From NCBI RefSeq assembly GCF_009914755.1, contig NC_060942.1: a stretch of 64,000 bases of DNA, one strand, 5' to 3'. Under the pieces are notes generated by a model. The model did not search any database. It was not told the origin of the DNA and was given only the letters and a program-made list of their open reading frames with translations. The DNA comes from the human T2T-CHM13v2.0 reference genome, Homo sapiens. Positions 29,224 through 42,810 of the stretch are shown here, piece by piece; the first letter of the stretch is position 1, and each line of letters starts with the position of its first letter. The position numbers were made by a program, and so were the translations under genes.

Positions 29224-29391
29224 TGGTGGGTGCCTGTAATCTCAGCTACTCAGGAGGCTGAGGCAGGAGAATCACTTGAACCTGAAAGGCAGAGGTTGCA
29301 GTGAGCTAATATCATGCCACTGCACTCCAGCCTGGGTGATAGAGCAAGACTCCGTTTTTGTTTTGTTTTGTTTTGTTTTTTAAAAAAAGAA
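29224..29391 (+). mobile_element. 5'-truncated Alu with a (TTTTG)n tract before the A tail
   Basis: TSD gaagaatgcctgagct / gaagaatgcttgggct. Confidence 0.9.
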
Positions 29392-30217
29392 GAAGAATGC
29401 TTGGGCTGTCTGAGCAATTTAGGAAGACTGGTGTAGCTGGAAAAGACAGTGTTACAGAGAACGGCAGGCTAAGAGAGAAGGGGAATGCAACAGAGACGGA
29501 GGCTGCTGAGAGAGCCAGCAGCAGACCTCGTCACCTTCTTTTGCAACCACTAGAGTCGTTGTGTTGACTTTAGCTGTGTGATTTAATAATCTTTTTAAAT
29601 ATACACTTTCCCTGGAGTTTTCAATGAAAGAAACACTTGAGTGTGAATGGGTGTGTGCAGAGAGAGATAATTATTAACCATCTATTATGGACCCGGTGGG
29701 TACTTTTCAAGAGTCATTTCAGGTGAGGACTTAGAGATGGAAAATTAGACCCAGAAGAACTAAATCATTTGCTGTAGCTTATTCAGCTTCAAAAGCAAGT
29801 CTGTGTAGTTCTGAAAGCTCATGCTATTTCTTCAGTTGCCGAAAGAGGTGAAAAAGAAATAATTACCTATAATAGTAGTAATATCTTCTATTGTTAATGA
29901 GAAGAATATAAGAACAAACTAATAGATGTGATGTGGAAATGGAATGAGGGTTAATGAGTTAGTTGTTTTATTTTAAAATTTATTCTTATAATTTTAAAAA
30001 TCAGAAATGCCATACAAAGGAATTATCTCAGGAAGACATTTTAGAACTCATGCACTGTTTATTATTCTAGAAGATGACGGTGCTTGTTCATTTTCTGGGA
30101 GCCTGCCCCTGTGGTCCGAAATCCTGACTACAAAAACGTCTTCTCTTTGTCCTGTTTTCAGTCCACTAATAAGCACACAAAAAAATTGTTAAGATGAGAC
30201 GGTGGTTTAGGAAAAGG

Positions 30218-30565
30218 CCGTCGATCCTCATTATTCATGGATTCTATATTTGTGAATCCGCCTACTTGCTAAAATAGCTTTTAACTTCGAAACCAACTCT
30301 CACTCTGCTTGTGCAGCCATTTGTGGACATGCACAAAGAGGCAAAACGTTTGAGTTGTCCACTGTGTACCCTCCCAGTGAAGGAAGAGCAAGAAATGCTC
30401 TGCCTTCTGGCTTTGGCTCTTACTGCAAACAAGAGTGTCTTTCAGTCTATAAGGAGACACGTATTTTGCTTGCTTGTGCTTTGCCTTGGTGATTTCACTC
30501 TGTAAAATGGTCTACAGGTGTAGTGCTAAACGCTGTTTAGTGTTGCCAAGCTCCAGAAGGCTACC
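30218..30565. mobile_element. MER44/Tigger7-like DNA transposon fragment
   Basis: gtcgatcctcattattcatggattctatatttgtgaatccgcctacttgctaaaat. Confidence 0.75.
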
Positions 30566-30639
30566 CTTGCATTTTTTTCTGATCATCTGCTTTCTGATGG
30601 CTAAATTTTAAGTTGTTCCTGCTGTCTTCTCCCACTGGA

Positions 30640-31250
30640 GCTTTAGAGATGAGCACAGGCTAGTTCCTATTCAGCAAATGAACATGACATAGACCCAGTA
30701 CTCCTGGATCTCTGAGTTTAATAGGAAATGGAAATACGTAAGCAGGTGTGTCCAATGAGATAATTACAGATGCTATCTCAGCAGTATTAACATGATGTGA
30801 AAGGGTGCTTGAAGTGGGAAGAAGGCCATTTTATACAGGGAGAAAAGAAGCACTACACCCTCAGTGAGTTGTCAGGTTCACAGATAACCTAGATGTGTGA
30901 AAAGGGGCAAGATACTTAGAGATGTGTAAATAACTCACATAAATACGGTACAGAGGGTGAGGAGAGAGTGAAGAAATCAAGCTTGACAAGAGGCAGGCTT
31001 CAGACAATTGAACTGGTCAGTTATGACTAAGTTAGAATGCACTCTGTAGGCAATTGGGGTTATTGAAAGGTTTTCAGTAGGAAAGTAATGTGAAAATATT
31101 TGCGTATTAGGGGCATATTTCTGGTAGCAGCAGGAGAAAGGGACTGGAAGAAGGCAAGATTGGAATCTGGAGACCTTTCATCCAATCCATGGTGAACACC
31201 ACACAAGCACTGTCCAGAAGGAGATGAGGCTCTGAAGTAAGACTGTAGCA
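30640..31250 (-). mobile_element. L2 fragments
   Basis: Degenerate motifs (ctctgtaggcaattggggttattgaaaggttttcagtaggaaagt; gagatgaggctctgaagtaagactgtagcagt). Confidence 0.5.
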
Positions 31251-31388
31251 GTCAAATACTTGGTTTCCTCTAAAATGTTAACATTCAGCTTGACTATTAA
31301 AGTAGACTGCAAAATTAGGAACTCTATCCAGCCAAGTCAGCTTTATGTAAACTTAAATTCATCCTTATTTTTAACAATATAAACATTT

Positions 31389-31755
<367 letters not shown>

Positions 31756-31759
31756 CTAC

Positions 31760-32110
31760 TTGCTTAGGTTGGGTTCCCTAGAAGCAGATCCTGGACAGAG
31801 GTCTTTGCAGGTGATCTAACATGGAAGTATTCTCAGGCAAAACAAGCAGAGCCAGGAGACACTAAACAAAGCCTGGCAATAACTGAAGGCTAGCCTCAGT
31901 GTGATTCCAGGGGGAGCTCCGAGGCGTGCCTGGGTCTGCTGCTGCATCCCTGTGTTAGTCGTGGTTGGCTGTGGCCTCCCCCAGGTTGCAGGAGAGTACA
32001 CTTCTAGGCATGTCATGGTGAGGTAGCTCCTAGTAGCTGCAGGCAATTCTTCAGAGAATAGTACAACTGTGAGCCTGCAGCAGCCAACTCCAGCACAGCT
32101 CTAGAAATGG
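31760..32110. mobile_element. Old ERVL-type LTR fragment
   Basis: ttaggttgggttccctagaagcagatcctgga motif. Confidence 0.45.
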
Positions 32111-32764
32111 GGGTGGGTCGTGTCTCTTTATAGTCACCGACTCCAACTGTGTGCTCAACGCTACCTAATAATCATACTATAATTCTAATGCTCACTCACT
32201 GAAGGGTTGTCTATAAGGACTGTTTTAAACCTTCTGGACCTTGTTAAACCTCCAGTTCCTCAGCACACACACCCTTCCTTCTCCCCAGATGGCCTTGGGC
32301 CTTGCTTTACAGAGAAAATAGAAGCTGTCAGGCAAAGAAACCCTCAACTTGCTGGCTCCAAATCCATCCTTCCCTGGCATCTGTGCCCACACCGCCTTCC
32401 TGCTCCCTGGTTAAATGGGAAAATGGGACACCTGGCCCCTCCCCACCCCACACACCTGTGGGAAGACAGCGCATTCACTTCTGCTGGGGGCCAGACCCTC
32501 ACGGCTTTGAGGAAACCATGCCCCTCTGTTTTATCTTCAATGTTGCCCTCCCTCAGATCCTTTTCCTATTAGCATCTTGAAACTTACAGGTTTTGTACAT
32601 CTCATGAACAATACCCAGTGATCCTCCAAGGAAATCTGCATACCTCTCCAGGGCCTGTCCTGTTTGGCTCCTCCCCTTTGCAGCAGTCCATTTCCTCACT
32701 GCTTAACAAGTTTGAATGCTGCTAATTCCCCACTGAGCCTGAGCAAGCCAAGAGAGAAGTCACA

Positions 32765-33270
32765 GATGTGGACACACCCTAAGGTGTCTCCTGGTCATCC
32801 TACCTACTACCATCTACACCTCTGTCCTACTCCCTGCCCTGGAGTGTGAGCCAGGTTGGTGACTTGCTACTTACAAATCGATGACAACAAAGGTGATGGT
32901 TTGCCCACATGCTTAGGTTCTGTAACCTGACAGGGGTGATAGGCTGTCCCTCCTGTGCGTATATCACATTAAATAAGACTCTGTGAGGGCAGATGAGCTG
33001 GAGCCATCTGTGGGCTGCATGGAGCTGAAAGTCATGCTGGAAAAGTGCACGTGGCTGGTGGCTGTGAGCTCTGGGGAGTCTCTAGGGCCCAAGGGTGGCA
33101 CCCTCCTAATAGCCCTTGGTTGTACAACCATAAGGAAAGGTATTCTGCCAGCAACCTAAATGAGCTCAGAAATGGATTCTTCCCCAGCTGAGCCTTCAGA
33201 TGATAATGTAGCCCAGCCAATGCCATGCTTTCAGCCTTGTAAGATCCACAGCAGAAGATCCAGATAAACA
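32765..33270 (+). mobile_element. MLT1 (MaLR) LTR fragment
   Basis: gccagcaacctaaatgagctc...ggattcttccccagctgagccttcagatga...tttcagccttgtaagatcc. Confidence 0.7.
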
Positions 33271-34141
33271 CATGAATGAAAGTTGGAAAATTTACATTCA
33301 TGAAAAAAGCATGAAAAACGGTGGCTTAGTTCAGAGTACTGAGTTCAGAGTAATTTATTTAGCAGCTCTACATCCTTAAATTCCAAGTGTGATTTTTCAT
33401 GTGCATTCCATCATTCACTCATTTGTACATTCACATGAAAAAAGCAGCTCAAGATTTATCTCAGAGTAATTCAGATCAGCCACGCTTCTTTTAAAGTGTG
33501 ATTTAACTAAGACCTGCATAAGGAAGATAAGAATTTCTGGTGATGAATACCAGCTGTAGAGTATTCCGCACATGAAGATGGGACAGTTCCATGTCATCAG
33601 TTACATTGCTTTGAAATAAATAATGAACAGATTGCTCATATTGACTGGCTGGAGGGAAGGCCCATGAAGGCAGGTATCATTTTAACCTCAGGACAACACC
33701 GGCCTTCAATCACTGCAGTGAGAGATATGTAAGTCAAGGAGGAGCTATGCAAAATACTGAGTTTGTGTAACGCAAAGTTATGAATTTTAGAAACCTGCAT
33801 CCTTCAATTTATCCTAATAGCAAAACAGGCTCAGTGCCAGTCACTTTGCTGAGAGTGAGACATGATGCTAAGAACTGTGAAAACAGGAAAACAATGAACA
33901 GCTGAAAAGAGAAGACCAGCAGTATGTGGGTAATGAGTCAATCATGCTGGGCATACACTAAACATGTCCTGGTGTCACTGCTAGGAAATAAACGTTGCCA
34001 ATGACTATGAGCCTGAGTCATTCATTCTAATAAGTGTTCTTGATAGAAAACGCAGCCAAGTAGGCAGCAATTTTAGAGAATTTTCAATCTCTAAATTTTG
34101 AATTGTGAAGAACAACAAATTTTGCTTATTAAATGGGCATC

Positions 34142-34345
34142 GTGTTAGTTTTCTACTGCTACAGGAACAAATTACCACAAACTGAACAGCTTAAAAAACA
34201 CAGGGTTATGTTCACCTGAGAGTTCTGCAGGTCAGAATCCTGGGCGATGCTCCTCTCCAAAGGTTCTGAGAAAGAATCCACTCAGGATGCTGGCAGAATT
34301 CAGTTCCACGCGGTTGTAGAACTGAAGCCCTTGTTTTGTTGATGG
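34142..34345 (-). mobile_element. MLT1 LTR fragment
   Basis: tgttagttttctactgct...acaaattaccacaaactgaacagcttaaa...ggcagaattcagttcc. Confidence 0.7.
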
Positions 34346-35651
34346 CTGTTGTCTTCACAATGCCTTTAACTTTTAGAGAAAATGTTTTATTTTCTCTGTT
34401 TCTTAGTAGTTCCTTCGTTTTTCTGGCTATTTGGTGTGGCTTCTGTCTCTGCTATTGGACCCTGGCATCTGAGTGTTCTTCCTTAGGAAGCAATGCAAAG
34501 CCATTAGGAACGCCGTCTGCAGGGGTGAGTGCGTGGCCTGCAACCTTCAATGTCATGTGTCTCTTTTTACTTGAGTCACCCAAATGCTTGGGTATGTTTG
34601 CCTTTTGGTGGTGGTTGGGTATCTCTGAGAAAGAGCTTCCAGTTTCTTGCTTTGGGGAGAGCCTGGCAGCTTTGGTTGGGGAGACAGGGAGGTCCCTGTT
34701 CCAATCTTTCATCTCCAGCTGCTTGGTTTTTCACTTGCTGATTGTGTGTGTGTTTGTAATGTCCTCTTGGTGTGTGTTTGTAATGTTCTTTTGCCTTCCT
34801 CAGTGTCTAGATATGGAGGATTTCTGATTGAGTGCCTTTAGAAACTATACTTTTCGTCTCCTGAGGGTTGGGGAGGGGTGGTTCTAACCACCCCTTCAGC
34901 AGAAACTGGCTGCTCTAGTTACTTGGCTATTTTCCTGTTCTCCAGGTGAGCTGGCTTCCTCCTAATGGTTTCGGAGACATTCAAGCTTCATCTTCCTTTG
35001 TTCTGCTAACTCATTTACTGTTTCAACTTTTTTTGCTTCATAAATTTGGTACTGGGCTACAAACGTCTCCTTGTGTCATTGAAGATGGTGTTTATATGTT
35101 TTGTTCATAATTCTCTTTTATTTGGGGGTGAAATAAAAGACTATATAGGTTTTTACCTCATCATCATGAAGCAAATGAAGCTTGACTTCATTTTACAGGT
35201 GAAGAACCTGATATTCAGAAAGACTGGATGATCTTCACAAGGTCACACAGCCGTTTGTAGGTTTCTGGTTTCTCAGTCTTTGTGTGATATGCGCTTACAG
35301 ACTTGACAGTAACTTTCAGTTCCTTTCATTCAGCCGCTGGTTGCCAGATGGAAGTGACCATACACATGGGAAATGAAATTTAAACTACAGAACAGGGTAT
35401 TGCATGAAGGCAAATTTATATTCTGATAAACAACCTGACCAATGTTAGGCTATTAGTCCTTCCTTCCTTTCTTACAGCGCTCTTCAAAACTCAAATACTG
35501 CCTAGAAAAGTATATGTAGGTATAAATACATAAACCATTTGAATGCATAAAAATTGTACGGGATTTCTTAAATTTGCACATGGGACTTTGAAAGACTTTC
35601 ATATTTCTTGAGAAGGTTATTGCAAAGCCTGAACAGAATTACTCCTTGATC

Positions 35652-36707
35652 ACAGGACCTGGCAAAGACTTTATGACAAAGATGCGAAAAGCAATTGCAA
35701 CAACAAAAAATTGACACCTGGGATCTAATTAAGGAGCTTCTGCACAGCAAAAGAAACTATCAACAGAGTAAACAGACGACTTAGAGGATGGTAGAAAATA
35801 TTTGCAAACTATGCACATGACAAAGGTCTAATATCCAGAATCTATAAGGAACTTAAACAAATTTACAAGCAAAAACTAACCCCATTACAAAGTGGGCAAA
35901 GGTCATGAACAGACACTTCTCAAAAGAAGACATACAGATGGCCAACAAGCATATGCAAAAATGCTCCACATCACTAATCATTAGAGAAATGCAAATCAAA
36001 ACCATGGTGAAATACCATCTCACACCAGTCAGAATAGCTATTATTAAAAAGTCAAATAATATCACATGCTGGTGAGGTTGTGGAGAAAAGGGAGCCCTTA
36101 TACACTGCTGGTGGGAATGTAGATTAGTTCAGCCATTGTGAAAAGCAGTTTGGTAATTTCTCAAAGAACTTAAAACATTCGACCCAGAAATCCCATTATT
36201 ATACCTAAAGGAATATAAATTATTCTATCATAAAGACACACTTGCAAATATTCACTGCAGCACTATTCACAATAGCAAAGACAAGGAATAAACCTAGATG
36301 CTCATCAATGGTAGATTAGATTAAAAAATGTGGTACATATGCACCGTGGAATACTATGCAGCCATAAAAAGGAATGAGATCATGTCCTTTGCAGCGACAT
36401 GGGTGGAGCTGGAGGACCTTATTTTAAGTGAACTAATGAAGGAAACAGAAACCTATTACTGCATGTTCTCCCTTATAAGTGGGAGCTAGACATTGAGAAC
36501 ATATGGACACAAAAAGGGAATAACAGACACCAGGGCCTACTGGAGGGTGGAGGGTGGGAGGAGGGAGAGGATCAGAAAGCTACCTATCAGGGACTATGCT
36601 TATCACCTGGGTGACGACACAATCTGTACACCAAATCCCTGTGACACACGATTTACCTGTATAACAAGCCTGCACATGTTCCCCGGACCTGAAATAAAAG
36701 TTAAAAA
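35652..36707 (+). mobile_element. 5'-truncated older L1PA
   Basis: ORF2 C-terminus and 3' UTR, ends cctgaaataaaagttaaaaa; TSD aattactccttg/aattgctccttg. Confidence 0.95.
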
Positions 36708-37210
36708 GCAATTGCTCCTTGGTGAAATTACCACAAGGATTCTGATGTTCCTTTGCTTTTCTCCTCCCCTTACCTCCTTCCCATGAATCCTCAGCCACGG
36801 ACCCCCCTGCCTGGCATCCAGGGCCCTCTCCCGCTCTTCGTGGTGTCAACATATTTGCTAGGATGGTTCTTTTAACATCAAAAAACAAATCTCTAGTGCT
36901 GTATGAAATCTTCAGTGCCCTCACATCTCAGAAATGCTTATCACTGTTGTCACAAGCTGATCACAAAGATCAATGTCTCAACCAAGCTCAGAGCCAGTCT
37001 CCCTGAGTTGATGTGGAGGTCCTTGTGGTCTCATTTGTCTTTGTGTCATGTCACCAGCACAGTACTGGAGCTTGGCCTGTGGGTAGCCATGCCGTGATGT
37101 CATTAAGGGAGTGACGGGGTGTGTTTCCTTATGCCTGTGGTCCTGGGGGATCAGGGCAGAGAGGGAAGGTTATGTGACTAGTGCCTATGGTACGCACATT
37201 TACCTACTGC

Positions 37211-37394
37211 GTTAGGGGTGGAAAGTGTGAGTGATTGTGTTAGGAGTGGAAAGTGTGAGTGATTGTGTTAGGAGTGGAAAGTGTGAGTGTGTTAGGAGTG
37301 GAAAGTGTGAGTGATTGTGTTAGGAGTGGAAAGTGTGAGTGTGTTAGGAGTGGAAAGTGTGAGTGATTGTGTTAGGAGTGGAAAGTGTGAGTGA
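37211..37394. repeat. Minisatellite, 7 units of 28/24 bp (gttaggagtggaaagtgtgagt[gatt]gt)
   Basis: Unit starts at 37211, 37239, 37267, 37291, 37319, 37343, 37371. Confidence 0.95.
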
Positions 37395-40366
37395 GCGGAT
37401 TATTGGCTCAGTACTGGGCTAGATGTTACAGGTAGTCGGAATGGGTCACTTACAGCAAATTGATAGCTGTGTTATAAGACTCTAAGCACTCCTGATGGAG
37501 ACATACGTTTGTACAGTACTGTTAAGCTTATTTGACTTCCACAAAAACACTACTGAATAACTGGCTCAGTTTTTGCAGATGAAGAATCCAAGGGCAGCTG
37601 GCTTAAGTAAGTATTCGCAGCCACAAAGAGGATAATCTTGGAATGTACTTGAGTTTTCAGATTGTTTGGACTAAAATGATGAATTAATAAATTTCACTGA
37701 GCTCCTAAAATATTGTTTTCATTATTTTTTCCCTGAAATGAATAAATGTAGTCAATAGACATTATTAAGGGCTTTTAGCAGGAAACATTTAAATTGCTAT
37801 GTATATTGAAATTTATCAGAAGCTGTTATTTCTGCTCAACAAGGATCCATCTAACTTCAGATTTTATGAGTATACGCAATAATGTGCCTAAAACACACAG
37901 GAAAGTGTCACAAAAGAGGTGTGATGTTGAACTCAGGAGTGCTGAAATTATTCTAGTTGCTGCCTGATGCGTAATATCCCTAGATCCTATTAAAATCAGT
38001 GCATCACTACAGAGGCAAACAGTGACGAAGATAATCTAGCATCATTTTAAAACTCTCATCATCAAGGGATGATTTCACGGGAAAATGCCTCACCGTGTTA
38101 TCAGCTGATTCACATCCGAAGCTTATTTTTACAATGTTTCTCATTGGAAGGATAATGATTTACTTTATAAGTGACAATGTCTCCAAGGCTTTCTATAATC
38201 TCCCACATGAAAAAAAAGACTTTATTATTAAAAAACCCTGAAAATGTTAAAATAAAATACTATAGTCTTGTTTCTATTAATTTTGATATAACAGCCTTTT
38301 TGAGAAACACTGGTACTTAAACTTTTTGATTAAAAATATTAAAGGTTTAGAAAGTAGAGAAATCGAGATTAAATCTATAGATTATACTTTAGTTGGAGCA
38401 GTTTATTCTGTCAGTTCTTTTGTGAAATGTTTATGTTATCTGTCCTCCTGTAGTGTTTATCTTGAAGGATAAATAAAATATATTGCATATAGTTGGGTAT
38501 TACCTGTAAGAACCCTCAAGAACTATGTGTTTTGTTGATATCAGTGAGATTAAACTAGATATGGTTGATGTGTGTATGTTCCTGGCCTGCGCTATTTGTT
38601 ACATTTGTTAAATATATGACTTTCTGTTTGTAAATAGTAGGGTATAGAGAAAGCTGCCAATGAGACAAACACAGACAGAGTGGGCAGAGGGGACAATGGA
38701 AACGACTTAAGTTTCAGTAAAGTTTAGGTTCAAACAAAGAGCCATCTGGGAAGAGTGCCACAGCAAACCTACCAGTTGAGGGGCAGCTGTCTCACTCACG
38801 TCCCACTAGCAAGTATTGATTTTGTGGCCTCCGTGTGGAAGACAGTTTACTGGACACACAAAAATAAATGAGACCTACTCCCGGAAAGTTACAGTTTAAT
38901 AGGGAGGGGGCAGTGTACAGGCAAATAAATCATCAAGATTTCAGTAAATAGCGACAGATGCTGTACAGGTGGTAGCACAAGCGTGGGAGCAGAGGGCAGA
39001 GTGTCTGCTTAAATCCAATGGAATATCGGGCAAAAAGTCCAGGTTCCTGCTGAGGCTGAATTCAGGGATTAGTTGGCTAAAAAAAAGACAGGGGGAAAAA
39101 GGCCTCCAGGCAGAGGGATAACAAGTCCAGATTAGGGAGCAGCACGAGGCGTTTATTGGCGTGACTGTGTCCCTCGCACATGGCTGAAGAATGAAACTCG
39201 TGGGAAACGGGAGCAGGAGATGGATTGTAAGCACGTTCCTCAGAGGCTCCTCGCACTCTGGAACCTACACAGAACCAGGGGAAAAGAAGCACACAAAAAC
39301 CAGTGCTTTGTTTAAGGTGAAGTGCAACCTATTCAGATCTGCTTTTTAGAAAGTTGCTCAGAAAGTAACTTGGAAGTTCAGGAACTTGAATGGAGCACAG
39401 CAGGGGTGGCTGGTGGGATCCGTTGTGCCTGGGACCTCAGCTGGGAAACTTACAGTCTGGGCTTGACTGCACCCAGGCGCCTTGCATGACCTGAAGAGTG
39501 GTTCACTCGCACTGTGGCTGCTGATGGTGCCTATTCCTGAGACCTTTCCAGGACTCTCCATATGGCCTGTGCCTCCTCAAAACATGACAGCTGGGTTCCC
39601 AGGGGAAGTGTCCCAGGAGAGAGTTCAGCAGAAGACATGCAGCATTTCCCACCCTAATCTTGTACACAACACAGCATCATTTGGGTGTACTTGGCCCACG
39701 GGGTCCATCACAAGGTCCACCTGGGTTGAAGGTGAGGGAGCATAGATGTCACTCAGTATGAGAAAGAGGCAGGTTCTGGAGGAGCTTCTAGGGTTGCTGA
39801 TTAGTTGCAGTTACTTTTGAAAAATACAATAGTGTTGCAGTCACCTGTGGAAAACACTATTTTCTATATGCCAGAATGTGACTCTGTGAAGCCATCATTT
39901 TCAGTGCAAAAAACACAAGTTGCAACAGGAGACAAGGTGCACAGTACATAGTATAACAAGCAAGTGGGATGGTGGTGTGAGAAGTCAGACTGGGCCAGAA
40001 TGTGTCCTCTTAGCCCATGATAAGAAACTTGGGTTTTCTTCTGTGTGATGGAGGCCACTGGAGGCTGCAGGCACAGAGGTGTTACCTGGCTGTGTTTCTT
40101 TATTTTTAAGCTCTGTAACTCCTGGAAGAACATTGAATGACAGGGGAGAAGGTGGAGGTGGGGCCTGAGCTGCAGTGGAAGTGAGCAACTGAGTGAGGAG
40201 AGCAAACCCTTGAATGCCCCAGGCTAAGGAAAGGGGAATGTGGGCAGAGAAATCTACAATTCATGGGACTCAAGTGGAGTCGGGGGGTCTGTTTTGGGAG
40301 ATTCATGTTTGAAATCCCTTTGAAAGGTCGGGGCTGGAGATAAACATTTGGTAATATGATGTAGAT

Positions 40367-40885
40367 CAGAGGTCCCCAATCCTGGGCCATGGACCAGTAC
40401 CTGTTAGGAACAGGTACTGGTCCATGGCCTGTTAGGAACTGGGCTGCCCAGGTGGGGCAAGTGAAGCTTCATCTGTATTTACAGCCACTCCCCATCGCTC
40501 ACATTACCGCCTGAGCTCTGCCTCCTACAGATCAGAGGCCGCGTTAGATTCTCACAGGAGCCCGAACTCCATGGTGAACTGTGCATGGGGGCAATCTAGG
40601 TTGCACGCTCTTTATGAGAATCTAATCCTGATGGTGCTGCGGTCTCCCATCACCCCCAGACGGGACCATCTAGTTGCAGGAAAACAAGCTCAGGGTTCCC
40701 ACTGATTCTAAATTATGGTGAGTTTTATAATTATTTCATTACATATTACAATGTAATAACAGAAATGAAGTGCACAATAAATGTAATGGGCTTGAATCAT
40801 CCTGAAACCATCCCCCAATCTCATCTGTGGAAAAATCATTTTTGACCAAATCAGTCCCTGGTGCCAAAAAGGTTGGGGACCGCTG
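40367..40885 (+). mobile_element. MER1A hAT-Charlie DNA transposon inserted in an L2 fragment
   Basis: Terminal inverted repeats cagaggtccccaa / ttggggaccgctg; 8-bp TSD atgtagat/atgtagaa. Confidence 0.9.
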
Positions 40886-41163
40886 ATGTAGAAGATACTT
40901 GAGATGAATGTCAAAGTTGAGTAGGATTGGCCAAGTGAGTGAAGAAGGATGATGGTTTGGCATCCCAGGGAGAGGAAATTGCTTGAGAAAACCACAGAGG
41001 CAAGAAATTGGAGATCTCTGCTCTAGTTATGCCTTTGCATGAGAAGATTTAAAGACAGCAGCAGCTCCTCTAGGGAAGAAGGGGTCCACTGTCTCCGACA
41101 GCAACAGATTTATAGCTGTTAGTATGAAACTGGTCCCTTCTTGTTAACCCATGTGCTCATTAA

Positions 41164-41523
<360 letters not shown>

Positions 41524-41838
41524 TATTAATCTCTTTAAATCCAAAATATGCAAATACAGAGAGCATGAAAGCACAGTAAGAGGACGCTTATGAGTTAGTG
41601 ACGGAGACAAAAGTGATTAAAAGGGTAAGAACATGGCGAACGTTGCACAGGCTTATGTAATAGACATTTCAAGGGTAGGATTAACTTTGAAAGATTAAGC
41701 ACGAGTTCTAAAGCCAAAGGAAAGTCCCGGCCCAGGCAATCGAGCACAATGCGTGAGAGAGAAGAGAACACGACTGGGGCTTTGTGTGGAGAAGCACCCG
41801 CACCCTTTGGTCTGGTTGAGCTAATCAGGTGCGGAGGG

Positions 41839-42191
41839 TGATATGGTTTGGCTCTGTGTCTGCACTCAAATCTCATCTTGTATTATAATCCCCATGTGTC
41901 AAGGGAGGGACCTGGTGGGAGGTAACTGAATCACGGGGGCGGTTTCCCCATGCTGTTCTTGTCATAGCGAGTTCTCAAGAGATCTGATGGTTTTATAAGT
42001 GGTGGTTTCCCTTGCTCTTCTCTCTTCTGTTGCCTTGTGAGGAAGGTTCCTGCTTCCCCTTCCGCTGTGATTATAAGTTTCCTGAGGCCTCCCAAGCCAT
42101 GTGGAACTGTGAGTCAGTTAAACCTCTTTTCTTGATAAATTACCCAATCTCAGGGAAGTTCTTCATAGCAGTGTGAGGACGGACTAATCCA
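41839..42191 (+). mobile_element. THE1/MST-family MaLR solo LTR
   Basis: tgatatggtttggctctgtgtc...ggactaatcca; 5-bp TSD gaggg. Confidence 0.92.
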
Positions 42192-42356
42192 GAGGGGGTT
42201 TTGCCTGAAAAGATTTTCAAGGTAATGAAACTGGGAACAGTCACCTGAGAGAGTATGTGTCCGCAAGAAAGATTTCAAAGGACAAGCTAAGACTTCTACT
42301 TCGTGACACTTTGTGACAATTAATCCAAGGACTGTGCATCAACGCTGCCTACTCAC

Positions 42357-42458
42357 ATTGAAGTCGTATACCAGTGGCCTTCTAAATGTCCTTCTGGGAG
42401 CTATGTATGGGTAGAGGGCCTCCTGTACACCGAACTGTCTTTTCTGAAGTCTGTGTAT
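42357..42458 (-). CDS. Candidate 102-nt symmetric exon (IHRLQKRQFGVQEALYPYIAPRRTFRRPLVYDFN)
   Basis: Donor AAT|gtgagt, weak acceptor ttgtatacag|; only frame 0 is open. Confidence 0.3.
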
Positions 42459-42619
42459 CTGTATACAACACCATTACCTCACACAAATTTTGCACCCAAA
42501 ATATTTGCAAGCAATTTCCCTCTCCTTGTCATTTAAAAACCTTTCTGTCTAGATAGGAGGGTGTAAATTTTGCTCTTAGAAACTGAACGAGGTATATACC
42601 GGTATTTTTTTCTTCTTTA

Positions 42620-42810
42620 AAGGCCACATCTGTGCTAGGGATTTGACATGCATCTTTGCATTTTATCCCCAAAACACCCTATAAAGTAAATATGGTTGTC
42701 ATCCCATTTTACATATCAGAAAACAAGCAATCTAAACAGATGATAACTTGCATGTCCCCAAACTTATGAAAAGTGAGGCTGGGATCTGAAGCCCATTCAG
42801 TCTCACCCCA
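42620..42810 (-). mobile_element. MIR fragment
   Basis: atcccattttacatatcagaaaacaagc...gggatctgaagccca. Confidence 0.65.

Noticed and set aside
34336-34827. 163-aa hydrophobic ORF resembling a membrane protein
   Set aside because: T-rich sequence that looks like antisense old LINE 5' region next to an MLT1 fragment; no ATG start or splice support
37211-37394. Telomere-like TTAGGG/TTAGGA motif
   Set aside because: One hexamer per 24-28-bp unit, not a tandem telomeric array
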